Source: Vermamoeba vermiformis
Taxonomy: Eukaryota
Assembly (NCBI GenBank): GCA_045837725.1
Contig: JBEWZL010000030.1
Coordinates: 310,001-374,000, forward strand
Direction of reading: 5' to 3'
DNA length: 64,000 bases
Below the pieces are notes generated by a model. That model saw nothing but the letters and a program-made list of their open reading frames with translations. It searched no databases and was not told the DNA's origin. This document shows, piece by piece, positions 1 to 14,511 of this stretch (positions are counted from its first letter, which is position 1; each line of letters starts with the position of its first letter). The position numbers were made by a program, and so were the translations under genes.

Positions 1-271
1 GATGCAAAAAAAAGAACAGAAAAAAAACGAGAAAGAAAAAAACAGCCAGGAACGCACAGACACAGAAACCCCCGACCGAGGGCCGCAAGGGGGACGCAGC
101 CGAGGAAGCCGCCGAGGGAGCACCCGGGGGAGGGGGGAGGGCGCGGAGAGAAAACGGGAGGGAGAAGGGAAGGCGTGAAGAAAGGCGAAAGGGCTGGGAT
201 GGGAGAACACATGGGCCCCGCTGCCCCAGGAAAAGGGCAGGGGGGAGAGGAGATTTGGCGGGCGGCCCACC

Positions 272-1165
272 AGCCTTGCTAACTATGCCATCGGAAAGAA
301 GAAGACGGACGGCTCTCCCGTTTACCCAGTCGATAAGCTGTTGGCAGAAGCACACTTGGCCCCTCGTGTCATGATTTCGCTGTTGCTCAAGATTGACGGC
401 AAGCCCGTGTTCGAGAAGTACGCTTACCAAGACACCTTTGCCTTCTTCACCGCTGACAGTGACATGTACTACACTGAACAAACACTCGAGTGGGACATTC
501 TTGGAGCACCTAACAAGCCTGCCAACTTGTACACCATCTGGGGCTTGATGCCAAGAATGCTGTACGGTCAACTCCTCCGTGCTGGTGCTGGCACTCACAA
601 GGTCGAGATGTCACTGCACTACAACATTCACGACAACTTTGTCGCTCATCAGAACCGTCGAGACGGTCCCACCAACATTGAAACTTTGACGTCACATCCC
701 TTGGCTGAAGGATCGTTTGAAGTCCTTGTTCCTGAAGGCGCTAAGATCCCTGACACGTTTGGCAAGTCACAAGTTGAAGACGTGCCATTGAAGGACATCA
801 AGTTGTACTACCGCACTCGTGCCCCAATTGGTCCTGAACACGTGCTCTGGTGCCAAGAAGTCGAAGGCTGGCGCATCCACATTGACGCCAAAGAGGTCAT
901 TGAATACGATGAGCACACTAAACAACTCATCAAGATCAAGATCCCTGCCAAGTACGGCAAGACCTATGCTGTCATTACGTACAAGAGCCCCGAAGAAAAA
1001 TGGAGACAAGAAGCAGCGACCTACTCGACAATTGTTGTGGTCTCTGGTCCCTTATCAAATTGGTCACAAGACGTTGAAACCATTCTCGAGATTCGTCAAG
1101 GCGCAACATTTGAAGTTGATTTCTTGCCTGACAACTTGATCGCAGCTATTCCTCAACGAAGCTAA
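272..1165 (+). CDS. Hypothetical protein, 5'-partial
   Basis: ORF 341..1165 extends upstream in frame to at least 272 (SLANYAIGKKK...). Codon usage resembles the host genes, and AATAAA follows at ~1208. Its true start is lost in the low-complexity first 270 nt. Confidence 0.7.
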   Translation, partial: SLANYAIGKKKTDGSPVYPVDKLLAEAHLAPRVMISLLLKIDGKPVFEKYAYQDTFAFFTADSDMYYTEQTLEWDILGAPNKPANLYTIWGLMPRMLYGQLLRAGAGTHKVEMSLHYNIHDNFVAHQNRRDGPTNIETLTSHPLAEGSFEVLVPEGAKIPDTFGKSQVEDVPLKDIKLYYRTRAPIGPEHVLWCQEVEGWRIHIDAKEVIEYDEHTKQLIKIKIPAKYGKTYAVITYKSPEEKWRQEAATYSTIVVVSGPLSNWSQDVETILEIRQGATFEVDFLPDNLIAAIPQRS

Positions 1166-1233
1166 GCCAAGTTCCGCAATGTTTAAATGTTGCTAGAGAC
1201 TTATATCAATAAAGAGACGTATATTACAATCGT

Positions 1234-2745
1234 TTACTTGGATTGTTTCTTACTAATTTTGACGCGTACAATTTGCGGTACATAAACGTCCAACATTGTT
1301 TTGAGGTCGTTGACATCGTAAGTGTTCGACATGTACGTCAATACTAATTCATTGGAGGCACGCTCGAACTCGGCATGACGCTTTAGCGCATAGCAGAACA
1401 CTTTTTTGGTATTGTTGTATGGTGCAGGTACATCGTAGATTGGGTACCATTCGCTCCATGGCCCGGTCAACTGGTCTGCTACAGCGATCAAAACTTTCGT
1501 GCCACCGAACTCCACTGCAGATTGCAATGATTTAGCGAGATGAAGGTGTCAGATAGACTTACTATTTATGGTAATCCAGGCATTCAGGTACGAGTGGTAT
1601 GTTACAGACAGCTCTGAAATGCTCGGTGTGAGTAATGTCACTAACGAGCCCTGCTTGGCTGTTGCATTGAACGAGATCCAATCAATGTGATTGTTACTGT
1701 CACGTGCCCAAAACTGCTGATTGGTCCACTTGTTTTGCAAAAAGTCGTCAATAGTGAGTCGTGACAGGACAGTTCCCTGACTCGTTGAACTGCCGTACAA
1801 ATAAACATGTTTCTGATCCATCACAATGCCCGAGGCCCAATTCAATTGTCCATTTGAATAGGACATGTCGGATACTGTCCAAGACCATTGCTGCAAATAT
1901 CATTAGTTAACGAGGTACTGGATGTTAGTGGTACCTACATCCGGGTCGTCATTTGGATTCGTTACTCGGATCACGGTTGTGCCTTGGAATGCAAAACCAA
2001 AGGGACCTCCTCCATCAGCATAAACATTATATGCCATAATATATAATACATTGTTCACCATGAGGCCTGCAATAAGACATCTGTTAGACACATCCAAACA
2101 AAACGTCAGCTGATTTACCGTTAACTGGCCAATACCAATGCTCGCTTGAATCGGGGCTGAAAAATCCTCCGTTGATGTTTGTCTGATTAACCCGAATATG
2201 GTATTTAAGCTTGTTTAAAGGAGATCCGTTCGCGACTTGGACCTATCAATTTTCGTGTCAAGAGACATCAACAATTAGCAACTTTCATTGCTTTACCGTA
2301 GCTAATGAATTTCTTGGCATTGCTGTAATGACTCGTTGATTATTTTGAAGGGTTCCGACTGTATAAACGGTTAAGGATCGATGCAGCACAACAAGGATAT
2401 CATAGCTAAAAAATTACCTAGTGTATCTCCCCATAACCACACATATTTATTATTGCCGAGGGAAGTACTGGATGCTACATCAGCGCCTAGCCTGATAAAA
2501 GAATCAAAAATTGAAAATTAATCGAATAATGTTTGAGTGACCTGTAAATTTTACGACATCTAGTATATTCATATAATTCATCTATTACATACCATCCTGA
2601 TTTTTCGGCTTGAAAATAATTTTGGAGTTCTGGATCAGGTTGCGCGTCAAAAACAAAATTATCAAGACTTCCAATCGCTTCTACAGATGACTAAATTTGC
2701 TAAAACTATAAAACATAGTACTAACAGTACTCCTTGTTGCTTCAT
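1234..2745 (-). CDS. Secreted DUF4185/DUF5005-like protein (multi-exon; apparent 1-nt frameshift near 2690)
   Basis: Signal peptide MKQQGVLLVLCFIVL. Spliced motif GWLGADVASSTSLGNNKYVWLWGDTL, then YLYG, ELSVTYH, GPWS and YALKRHAEF...YVPQIV. Exons match ORFs 1234..1527, 1549..1896 and 1903..2097. Confidence 0.55.
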
Positions 2746-3037
2746 TTCTGAAGAAATTAAAAAAGATAAGAAGAAAAATACTTTCGCTGTGAAAAAATGT
2801 GACACGTTTATTGTTTCCCAGTCAAATAATGACATGTGGATATGATATTGATGTTGTCAATGAATAATCATGACAAGCTTGAGTGTCACACCACTAGGAC
2901 CGAGTAGTTTATGGCACGCCGTAGAGTTGCGAGTGCGGCCAAACAGGCAGATCTGGATCCCACGAGCAAAATCTCTCGTTCATATTCCGCGAATAGGACA
3001 TCTTGCAGAGATTATTGCGACCAATCACAGTGCTCGT

Positions 3038-4590
<1,553 letters not shown>

Positions 4591-4822
4591 CTTGTCGATT
4601 GTTTTGATAAACAGTCCTCGTGTGTTAATTGTTTGTTGAGAGTATAAAAGTATTCCAACCCTGTTCGTTGTTGGAATTTGTTTGAAAAAAGTGTCAGGAT
4701 CGACATTTCTTCGTTTATTCGCACTCCAAACACAGAAACAGGATTTAGGGGAGGCGAGTTCAATCATCTAGATTTCAAAATTAGTTTTATTATTGTACAG
4801 TTTAAGTAATTCTGTTTGGTGT

Positions 4823-7504
4823 TTAGTTCATCGTGTCTGTTTTGTAGTTCTCTTCATCTACAGGCACTTTGTACCTCCTCTTGAACTCGAACAATTGGTT
4901 CTTCAAGATCATATTCTCGTGGTAGTACTTCTCATACAACGATCTATAATCATCGCTCGTAGTCTCCCTGAGCTTCTTATTCTCAGCCCTAAGTTCTTTG
5001 ATCTGCTCGCTCATCGCTTTAACATTGCTAGCGAGGTTTGCCATTTCATCTTCGAACGAAGATCCAACAGTATTCTTAGTACTATTATTGCCGCCAGTAG
5101 TTGAGGTCTTGTTCGTCGAATTTTTCTTGTCGCTAGATGAGGCAAACTTCTTCGTGTACGAGCGAATAACAGCTTGTAATTGCGCTTCGTTCATTTCTCG
5201 CAGCTCTTCTTCGGTGTAACTGAACAACAAACGAATCTTCGGGATGAAGAGGACGCTCAGCGAGACACCAGTGATGAATAATATGCAGCAACACAATAAC
5301 GCGTAACGGACTGTCAAGTCATTCACTAAGAAGATGACGACGACGAAGATAATAATAAAACCAAAGTTGTACATCTAAAAAACACACGTCGTTAGTTGTG
5401 CATAAAGAAGAGCTGTTATCGCGTGGCACGTACCGCAAGACCAATGTACTTGGCTTCGTTGTAGAGACTCAATCTCAAACGGCTGACCAACACAGAGACA
5501 ATGATACCAAAGACCAACACAACACCCTAAAAGCGGACTCATTAGCATTGGGGAGAGAGGAAAGTGGTGGTTTTGGACTCACATTGAAAGCCAACAAAGT
5601 GGCACCAGTCGGCAAGTGGAACAAACAGAAGGTGAATTCGTGCTCAGCTTCACTCTGGAAAGCATAGTCTGCAGGTTGAAGTCCTGTCATGACAGCCAGC
5701 ACAACACCCTCGAGCAACAAAATGACTCCGACGCACAAACCAACATCTCGGTCCGTATATTTGACGAGTTGAAGTGATTTGTTCGAGAAGAGCAAGTAGA
5801 TACGGCCAGTCTTCGCAAACAAGGAGCTGTTTAGCATAGCATTAGCTTCAGTTTGACAGATGTCACTTTAAAAAATGAATCAGGACTCACCCGAACAACA
5901 AGGCAAAGCCAATAGGCAAGGCCCAAATAAATATGTTGCAGCCAACGTCTGTATTTGACACGAAAGCCACGACAGAGCCAAACATGAGCAAGCCGCCAAC
6001 GCACATTGACATCAAGAACACACCACTGGCGGCGATAATCACCTTGGACTGGCGGCTGTATGATCGTTAGAGACCTGTGTATAGTTGATTTGACTTACTA
6101 TTTGATCGTCACGACTAAATAAAAGATTGTGCCGGCAATGCAAAGTCCACTCAAGATCCACATTGCGATTTGTAGACCCATCGGAATCTCCTGGTAATCA
6201 CCTATGACATAAGCGTTAGCGGAGAAAGTATGACGTGAGAACACATTATTTACTTGGCCTAATCCAATTCTCCCAAGTCTTCTCATTGTCTCGGATCCAG
6301 TTGCAAGTTACGTTGAACACATCGTCGGAATTTAGTTGTAAAAGCAACTTTGTCCATAACAGTGTTGCTAATGGACAGTGCATGAATGAGGTAGCTCGTT
6401 TCAGGACTGTAGTCAGGAAGGCCGGACCAAGTAACTTTGCCCAAGATCTGGCTCGGATAATAAACGGCTGACAAAATTTGTGAGTCGCCAAGTTAGGTAA
6501 TGGAAAAGTCGATTCCTTACTGTCATTGGGAAGTTGAACACGTATGAGCTGTATGTTGGCGGGTAGAAGGTGCGGTGACCAAAAGTAGAATAACAACGGT
6601 TGCTTTCGTGCGTAGGTTGTGGTAAGCAAATCCATCAACTCGTCCTCACCCGGTAATTGCACGACATTTAGCGAGAAATTATTCTGCGTGATGATGTCGT
6701 ATTGAACGCTGAGCCAGTCTTGATCTCCAACGTAGACAGTATTATTGAAAAATGCCGCTACGACCGGATCTGAAAAGTCACCGAACAACGCATCTGGCAT
6801 GTCATTCAATACAAAACGAGGCATGTACCAACCTAAATTTAACAATTAGGTAAAATAACAGATTTCTGGGGCTTATGAGATTCAAATTCACAATCGTCTA
6901 AATTTAGGATCGGATCTCAGCATACCACTTTGGGCAATAATGCCGAGAGGACCTGCGTCTATAATTGTTTCCTCGTCGTAGAAGTACTTCTGCATTTCCG
7001 CCTCTGCGGTTGAAGGCCTGTCAAAATTGCAAAGAAAATTAAATAACGTGAATGTACAATCGACAGCGAATCACGGAATAGTTAAAATTTAATCGTTAAA
7101 AGCCCCTAACTTACCAATACTCGAGCATACCATGAAGTTCACCCGCTGCTATGCGTGACCAAGCGACGTCTTCGTGAGTTTCGACGATCTGAGTTGGAAC
7201 GCCGATCACTTCCGTAAGCAAAATATTTGCAATATTTGTGCTTATGTATGCTGTAGATTGTGGTGGCATTGCAATTTGCACAGGGTTTCTGTAAGAGTAT
7301 CCTAAATTAAAAGATAATATCGCGTGAGTAAAATTATTAATTCCTCCACTGTCGCTTGTTATTACCTGCAGGAAGAGGTTTATTTAAGCAAGGACCAACA
7401 GTCTGTGAGCTCTGAGGGCTGACATCTTGAGCATAAACAATAAGGGCAAACAAAGCTAAGAGAATTGTTTGGTATAAAACAACTGAGCGGATGTGGCACC
7501 TCAT
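4823..7504 (-). CDS. Class C (GABA-B/Grl-like) GPCR with an N-terminal glycine-betaine-binding (OpuAC-like) ectodomain
   Basis: Signal peptide, then ectodomain motifs (GMLEYW, GPLGIIAQSGWYMP, QPLLFYFWSPH), then 7TM class C motifs (SLFAKTGRIYLLF, YNEAKYIG..MYNF, VLFIPKI) and a C-terminal coiled coil. Confidence 0.75.
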
Positions 7505-7825
7505 TGGTGGGACCTTGAAAAGCTTCAGTTGCGGCTTTCTGTTGTAAGTTTTTATCACAAAATAGGAAAAAATATGCCCATAGCGGATTTTAGTGTTCGG
7601 AAGAGATCCATACTCGGAAAGGCAACTTTTTTATCCCGCGCCGGGTAAAGTACTTCAGATCCCGATTTCAAATTGGTATATCGCAATACGATAAGAACAA
7701 TCTTCGTTAAATACCTTATAAATGTAACAAGATCTGATTCAATTTGCGATGCACCGCAACGGTTTTACAACTTTTAAAATTCCAATTTATCCTTAAACGA
7801 CGTACCACGGCCACGACGTATAGTC

Positions 7826-8966
7826 CTATTTAGACAACCACAATTCGTCCAAAAACTTCAAAGTGTCTTTGTAAGACTTAACAGTGTGACCGATGGTTTT
7901 TTCGGAAGTGAAGATCTCGTAGTCATTACCACCAGGCATCGTCTTGTCGCCGAAGAAGTGAATCTCGGTGAAACCATCCAAGTGTTGCAAGCAGTAAGTC
8001 TTATCCCATCCTGTGTTCGGGAAGTTAGCGAGTACATCCAGGGATCGCGGGTTCGTTCCACGATTAAATAATATTGGTGGTTAAATTAAGTAACTGCTTA
8101 CCGATAGGGAAAACGTCAAAACTGATCTGTCCACCAATCGAAAACTTCAAATTGAATCGAGAACCAAACTTCTCTTGCAAGATCTTGACCATCGTCTCTC
8201 GGATCTTGTGCTCCTATTTCATACAAGCCATTAATTCTCTATATTCTCATATTACCACACTATAATCTACTCACGAGGTCGTACTTCTCGAACGCGTCGC
8301 GCTCAGATTGAGAGCAATTTCGACCAATAGGAGACACGTTGATTAGACCGGTTCTAAATTCAATAAAAGTTCCTCTGCACGAGCATTTACATCAGTACAA
8401 GCAGCGTTTATAGAAAATATGCATACCTTTTGATAGGAATATCTAAGTCGGCAATGTAGTGCAAGCAGAAGTTCAAAAACTCCTTCAAATTGTCGTTGCC
8501 CAAGTAATCGCCAATGCTCTACGTACAGATCGAATAAGCCAAGGCAAAACACTCGTAGAATAATATTAACGTACCTTGGAGTGGAAGAGTTTTCCATCTT
8601 TAAAGCTAAGGAGACCGTTTTCAGGGAAGGAATAATCAACCAAGTCCAAAACTGGATGCAGGACAAAATTAATTCGTAAATTAATTAATCGAATTAAACA
8701 TATAGGTTAGTTACTAACGTACTATCGTCTCCAAGTTGCTCTTTTTGCTTAGCTAAGTCGGATCCACCAACCACACCAATAAATATTTTTTGTCTTAATT
8801 TCTTTAAGGCTTCAATCACGTCAGGAGTGACTTTCTATTTAAGTATATATTAATTAAATTATTTGCTATATTATTAGACCGCTTTGGTACAAGTTACCTT
8901 TCGAGGCTCAGTCAACGTGCCATCCACGTCGAACAAAGCAATGATATTCTTCGGTCTGCTGTCCAT
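7826..8966 (-). CDS. PMM: Phosphomannomutase (HAD family)
   Basis: [51 protein letters not shown] and [16 protein letters not shown] across spliced exons. Confidence 0.95.
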
Positions 8967-9337
8967 AGATGTATGTTGTATTGTTAAGTGCTTAAAAGTG
9001 ATTAATAATGCCCCAGTGTTTTAGGATTTAGTAGTTAGTAACACGTGTCCACCAGATTACGTCTGCAGAGAACGGATTTACAAAATATCCAACGTGTTGA
9101 TATCTAGGCGTGCAATAGGTGAGTCATCAAGTTTGATACGTGGCTGTTTGCGTCGCTCACGTTTTACCTCCAGAAATTTCCATCTTTTGTGTTCCCGCCC
9201 TCCAGATTTAAATTTTGGTGACCGTTGCAAAATGGATTTTATTTTATGTCCGACAATCCCGTTTGCTATTCAGTTTTATTTTTTGTTTGACGCGCATACA
9301 CAACGGCTTCCTAAAACTAGTTTTGTTGGATTTTACT

Positions 9338-11863
9338 ATGAGCGAATCTGGCCCAAGAACTCGTGTATTATCGTTAGTTCGATTCTATGAAGATTGGTTG
9401 AATAGTACTCGACCTGTAGAATTTACTCAACGCGCACAATTGCGTCGCGAGCTCTCAGAGCGCATTATGCCAACTCAATCTCACGAGGCACCTCTCCGTG
9501 CTGTCAGCTCCTACCCATTGCTTATTCCTTCTGGTAATAGAACTGGTGGAGTACAAAAACGAAGAAGAAGACCCAGTCAACCATTTATCCCAACGCGCAA
9601 GAGTGATGCTGAAGCTCAAACGGTGATCGAGGTTAAGCAAGCTGTTAAAGAAAAGCGCGAGAAGACCCGTAGAAAAAGAGAGACTAAGAAGAGACGAGTA
9701 TCTGCTCATCCTAAATTAGAGAAGCTTGACCACATTACACCTGAAGAAGTAGAAGCACCTCTTCAATTGAACATTTACCCCGCTCAAGAAATTCTCTCAT
9801 CTGAACGCAGCTACGTGAACTCCTTGCTCATGATGTCTCATGTAAGTATTATTAACCCGTGCACGTGCTATTTAACCTAACGTAATTTATATAGGCTTAC
9901 TTGAAGCCAATCGAGGACGGTCGTCAAACTTTGTCGGTGGATTCTTACCGTATCTTTGCCAACATCAGAAGCATCATTGAATTAAACAAGATCTTCTTGA
10001 CGCACTTGGAAGGTCGTAACATCAATCAATGGAACAAATTGCCCAAAACTGAGCAGCTTCTCGGCGATCTTTTTGTCGATCAGGTAACCGTTGCAAAATT
10101 TTGGTCACTAAATCCATTCAGTGTCTAACAAATGATATAGGCCGACTTGTTCAAGATCTACATCGAATATTGCGTTAACTATCACGAAGCCTACGCTTTA
10201 GTTCAAGAGTTGAAGCACCAATCTGAAAGTTTCAATCGCTTTGCTACCAAGAACAACCAATACGGCTCTGTCTTGGATCTTAATGATCTCTTGATTATGC
10301 CTGTTCAACGTACGTGCATAAGAGCTATTTAGTTGATTTGTTTTTAACGCGATCCGCAGGTGTTCCTCGTTACAAAATGTTGCTCGAGAACTTGCTTAAG
10401 TTCACTCTCGAAAGCCATCCTGACTACGAGAACTTGAAGGCTGCCATCGATAAGATGGGTTCTCTCGCTGATTTGATCAATGCCAAGCTTAAGGAACAAA
10501 AGAGTCAACGTCGCATGGCTTACATTGCGTCGCGTTTGCCCGAAGACTCCGCTGAAGCTGCTGACGTAAGTTAATATGAGACTAGTATGTTAACGAGAGT
10601 ACTCATGTTCTGTAGTTGATTGCTCCTACTCGTCGCTTGATTGCGGAGTTTACCTTCACGATGTACAAAGTCAAAGTGCACTCTGGCGGTGAAGTTCAGA
10701 CTTTGGCCAAGCCTCAACAAGTCTACTTTCTTCTTGTTCAACGACAAGATTCTGTTGGCCAAGGGCTACACCGTACCTACCCTCACTGCCAACTCATCAG
10801 ACTCGTTCTCGTTGCCCTCACTTTCATCACCAGATCTGGGTCTCAACATGATCATCAAGGACACTCATTTGCCCGCTAAGATGGAGCCTATTGCCTTCAT
10901 GGACCTTCAAAGCTCGTTCTTGCGCAAGATTTTGAATCCACCTAACACTCTCACCTTCCAATTGGTCAATCCTAAGGGCTACTACGTGCTTCAAGCCCAC
11001 TTGGAGGCCGACAAGAACCAACTCAAGGAATCATTCCGTGAGGCTCTTACTGGTCTTAACAACGACGCAAGAATCAAGCGCAGTCTGATCCGCGTATTCA
11101 CGGACGAGAAGTCTCACTTTGGCATCTGTGAAGCTATTGAACACGCCCCTGCTTTCTCTGAACGCATTTTGACGCAAGACTTGGCTCTTGAATCGAACAA
11201 AGAGACCATCAGAGCGCTTGAGGACTTGCTCGAGACCAATCGTGTTGTCCTGCAAAGCCGTCCTGTCACTCCTTCACCGATGAAGAAGCGACGCGAGAAG
11301 AAGGTTATCGACAAGCTTAAGAGCGCTATTACTGTCTTCTCGCCTAAGAAGGTCAAGGCAAGAGCTGCTGCCAAGCAAGAGGACAAAGAGAATGCTGAAA
11401 ACTTGGGTACTCAAGCTGAAGCGATCGTGCGACAGATCGACGATCTGAAGAGGCGCCAACAAGAGCTGCGATCAGGTATGTATCGGCTCTAATTAACATA
11501 CGACATCGAATGACTGAGAATCTAATTCTTACGTAATTTTTAGACGGCGCAAAGACTCCTCCATATGCTACTCCTCCAGCCACTCCTCGCACACCTATGG
11601 CTACTCCCAGAATCGATATGACTTCGACTCCTTTCGCTACTCCTCGAGTGCAAGAAGCACCTCGTACTCCGTTCACTGAACGCGAATTGCTTTTTGAAAC
11701 TCCTAAGAGCGAAAGACACTCCCGTCGCAAGTCGATCTTGGGATCCATTAAGAAATCTGGCATCAAAATGAAGAAGGCTGATCGTCATCATAACAATGAC
11801 GCTACTCCTCGCAAGGGTGTTGTGCCTACTTTGGATTTTAAGAAGATGGAACTCGTCAATTAA
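9338..11863 (+). CDS. RhoGEF (DH-PH) protein
   Basis: DH motifs EILSSERSYVNSL, FKIYIEYCVNY and LLIMPVQRVPRYKMLLENLLK. PH-like motif FFLFNDKILLAK. The last exon is Thr-Pro rich. Confidence 0.85.
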
Positions 11864-12540
11864 TTTTTTGTGTGCTGGATCCAAGGTCCACAGTCTTGTT
11901 GTGGCCAAAATTAAGTTTTTGTGTCACGAAGCTGTTGACTGCGTTATACTTGTATTATTGTTTTGTATAGTTTACCGAATGAATAGAGATTTTGTTTCTA
12001 AGCTTGGAGAACACTTTTTCCGCGTAGCACGAATATTGCAACACAATGAATTCCATAGTATGACATACGAGATACAGTTGGTATCACATAGTGTAATGTA
12101 TTTAATTATGTTGGACGAAGGCGAGGAATCAAAATGCTGATCTCAAGATTCGTTCAACAAACCAAGCCAACAATGAAATCAAGCCAATTTATATCAGAAA
12201 ATTACTGCGGTTGCCTAGTAACTTCTGAAGCATATATTGGTAAATATTCATCGGATCCAGACCTGATCTGATTTTATTTTAAAAGTGTACATCGTGAGCC
12301 ACAGATTCTCACCGATGACAATTTAATTCCATTAATTTTACTAATTTTGGAATAAAATTCATGGTGCTATTGCGTTCGCAAGCATTTTTGCACAATGATA
12401 GCCAAAATATCAAACTTTTTTGAATATTCGATTGATTTCTCGAGACTTTAACACTGCTTTTGGGTGTTCTTTTTAATTTACTATGAAATTGCATGCTTGA
12501 TCGCACGAAATTCTGGCAAAGTCTCGTGTTCCTCGTCAAA

Positions 12541-12549
12541 ATATAAATA
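12541..12549 (+). promoter_or_regulatory. TATA box upstream of catalase
   Basis: ATATAAATA about 65 nt upstream of the ATG at 12611. Confidence 0.55.
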
Positions 12550-12610
12550 GCGCATCTGCTGCGCTCATTTACTCTAACAAACTTTCATCAAACAATACCA
12601 CATATAAACA

Positions 12611-14295
12611 ATGGAGACTGTTAAGAAAGCTGCGGCTTCGGTCGTTCATTCGCTCACCGAAAATAGAAACACTATGCCTGGTGTAATGACTATGGCCACC
12701 GGATGTCCCATTGCTCACAACAAGAACTCGCTGACTGCTGGTCCTACTGGTCCTGTGCTCATGCAAGACACCGTTTTGCAAGAGAAGATCGGCCAATTCG
12801 CTCGCGAAAAGATCCCAGCGCGTAATGTCCACGCACTCGGATTTGGCGCTCACGGTACCTTCACTGTGACCAACGATATCAGCAAACATTCATACGCCAA
12901 GCTCTTCTCAGCTGTTGGCAAGAAGACTGAGGTCTTTGTACGCTTTTCAGGCGTGTTCACTGAACAAGGAGATCCTGACACTTTGCGCGATCTTCGAGGC
13001 TTTGCCGTCAAGTTCTACACTGAAGAAGGTAACTGGGACGTGCTCTGCGTCAACACACCCGTCTTTAATGCTCGTGATATGAAGGTAAGGCAGCGATATA
13101 ACTCTTATCAGGCCACGCGTATACTTTGCAGATCAAATACTGACAGATGCTGTCATGATAGGTCGGTCCTGATGCCATTCACGCATTCAAGCGCGATCCT
13201 CGTACCGCTGAATGGAACCCGACTCAAACTTGGGACTTTATTGCTACACATCCCGAGTCCCTTCACAACGTGTTGATGATCTACACTGATCGCGTTGGAA
13301 CTCCTTTGAGTTTCCGTCAACAGAACTGGTTCCCTTGCAACACATTCTCGTTCATCAATTCCGAGAAGAAACGTGTCTGGATCCGCTTCCACTTCGTCTC
13401 TGAACAAGGCTGGAAGGGCATGTCTCAAGATCAGGCATTTTTGCTCGCTGGAGAAGATCCAAACTTCCTTTCTCGCGAGATGCGTCAAGCTATCGAGAAG
13501 GGCATGTACCCTCGCTGGAGATTGTGCTACCAAGTCATGAGCGAGGAAGAAGGCTACGCTAAGCCTCACCTCGCGTTTGACTGCACCAAGGCCTGGCCGC
13601 ACGACCAATACCCCTTGCACGAGATTGGTGTCATTGAAGTCAACAAATTTGCTCAGGACTACTTTGCTGAAGTCGAACAAGTCGCGTTCTCACCTGCTGT
13701 CGTGCCTCCTGGCATCTCATTCTCCCCTGACAAGTTGTTGCAAGGCCGTTTGATGCTCTACGACGTGACTCAACATCACCGCTTGGGACCTAACTTCAAG
13801 CAGATCCCGGTCAACGAGCCTAAAGGCATTGTGCCCAACACCATGTACACTGGCGGTCAACATCGTCACGACCTCAAACCTAATGGTGGCTGGCCTCATT
13901 ACCACCCTTCATTGTTCGGAGGTCTGCAGCCCAACCCTGCATACATTGATCCTCCTATGAGAACTGACGGCCCTGCTGATTTCTACGACGTGCCGGGTGA
14001 AGGATCGGACGCTGATTTCTACGCTCAAGCTCGTGAATTCTTGAAAGTCACTACGGCTGAGGACCGCAAGTCATTGATCGAGAACTTGAGCACTTCATTG
14101 CACCGCGTTGCTGATCGCGTTGTTACTGCTGTTCTGGCTCACTTCAACCAGATCGAGCCTGCGTTTGCTACGGCGGTCAGAGAAGGCATTACGTTGCGCA
14201 AGAGTGGCACTAAAGTAACTCCTGGCAACCCTATTCTCAAAAAATTCAACCAAGAGTTGTTGGGCAACGCAAATATGGACATCAACGCTGCTTAA
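12611..14295 (+). CDS. CAT: Monofunctional heme catalase (one intron, 13085-13161)
   Basis: [13 protein letters not shown] (distal His), [32 protein letters not shown] and [12 protein letters not shown] (proximal Tyr). Confidence 0.93.
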
Positions 14296-14511
14296 ATGAG
14301 AATTTTGAGCGAATTTTGCATTGACATTTGGTGACACTTTCGATGCCCATTGTCATTTTTTTGGCTGTTAATAATAAAGACATTCGCTTTGCGACTTAGA
14401 AAAATCCTGTTGTTGCATCTAACAATTCTTTTATTTCCTTTTTAGATGCACCTAACTAGTTATTAAACTAAATAGATAAAAAGTAAAAGTACAATTTGAC
14501 TGCAACCCATA

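Noticed and set aside
1-270. Purine/G-rich low-complexity start of the window
   Set aside because: Its composition is unlike the rest of the window and it merges into a coding frame. Most likely poor-quality contig-end sequence; no periodic telomeric repeat.
2680-2700. Frameshift after the signal peptide of the DUF4185-like gene, as pseudogenisation
   Set aside because: A single indel in an otherwise intact gene near the low-quality contig end; cannot be separated from sequencing error.
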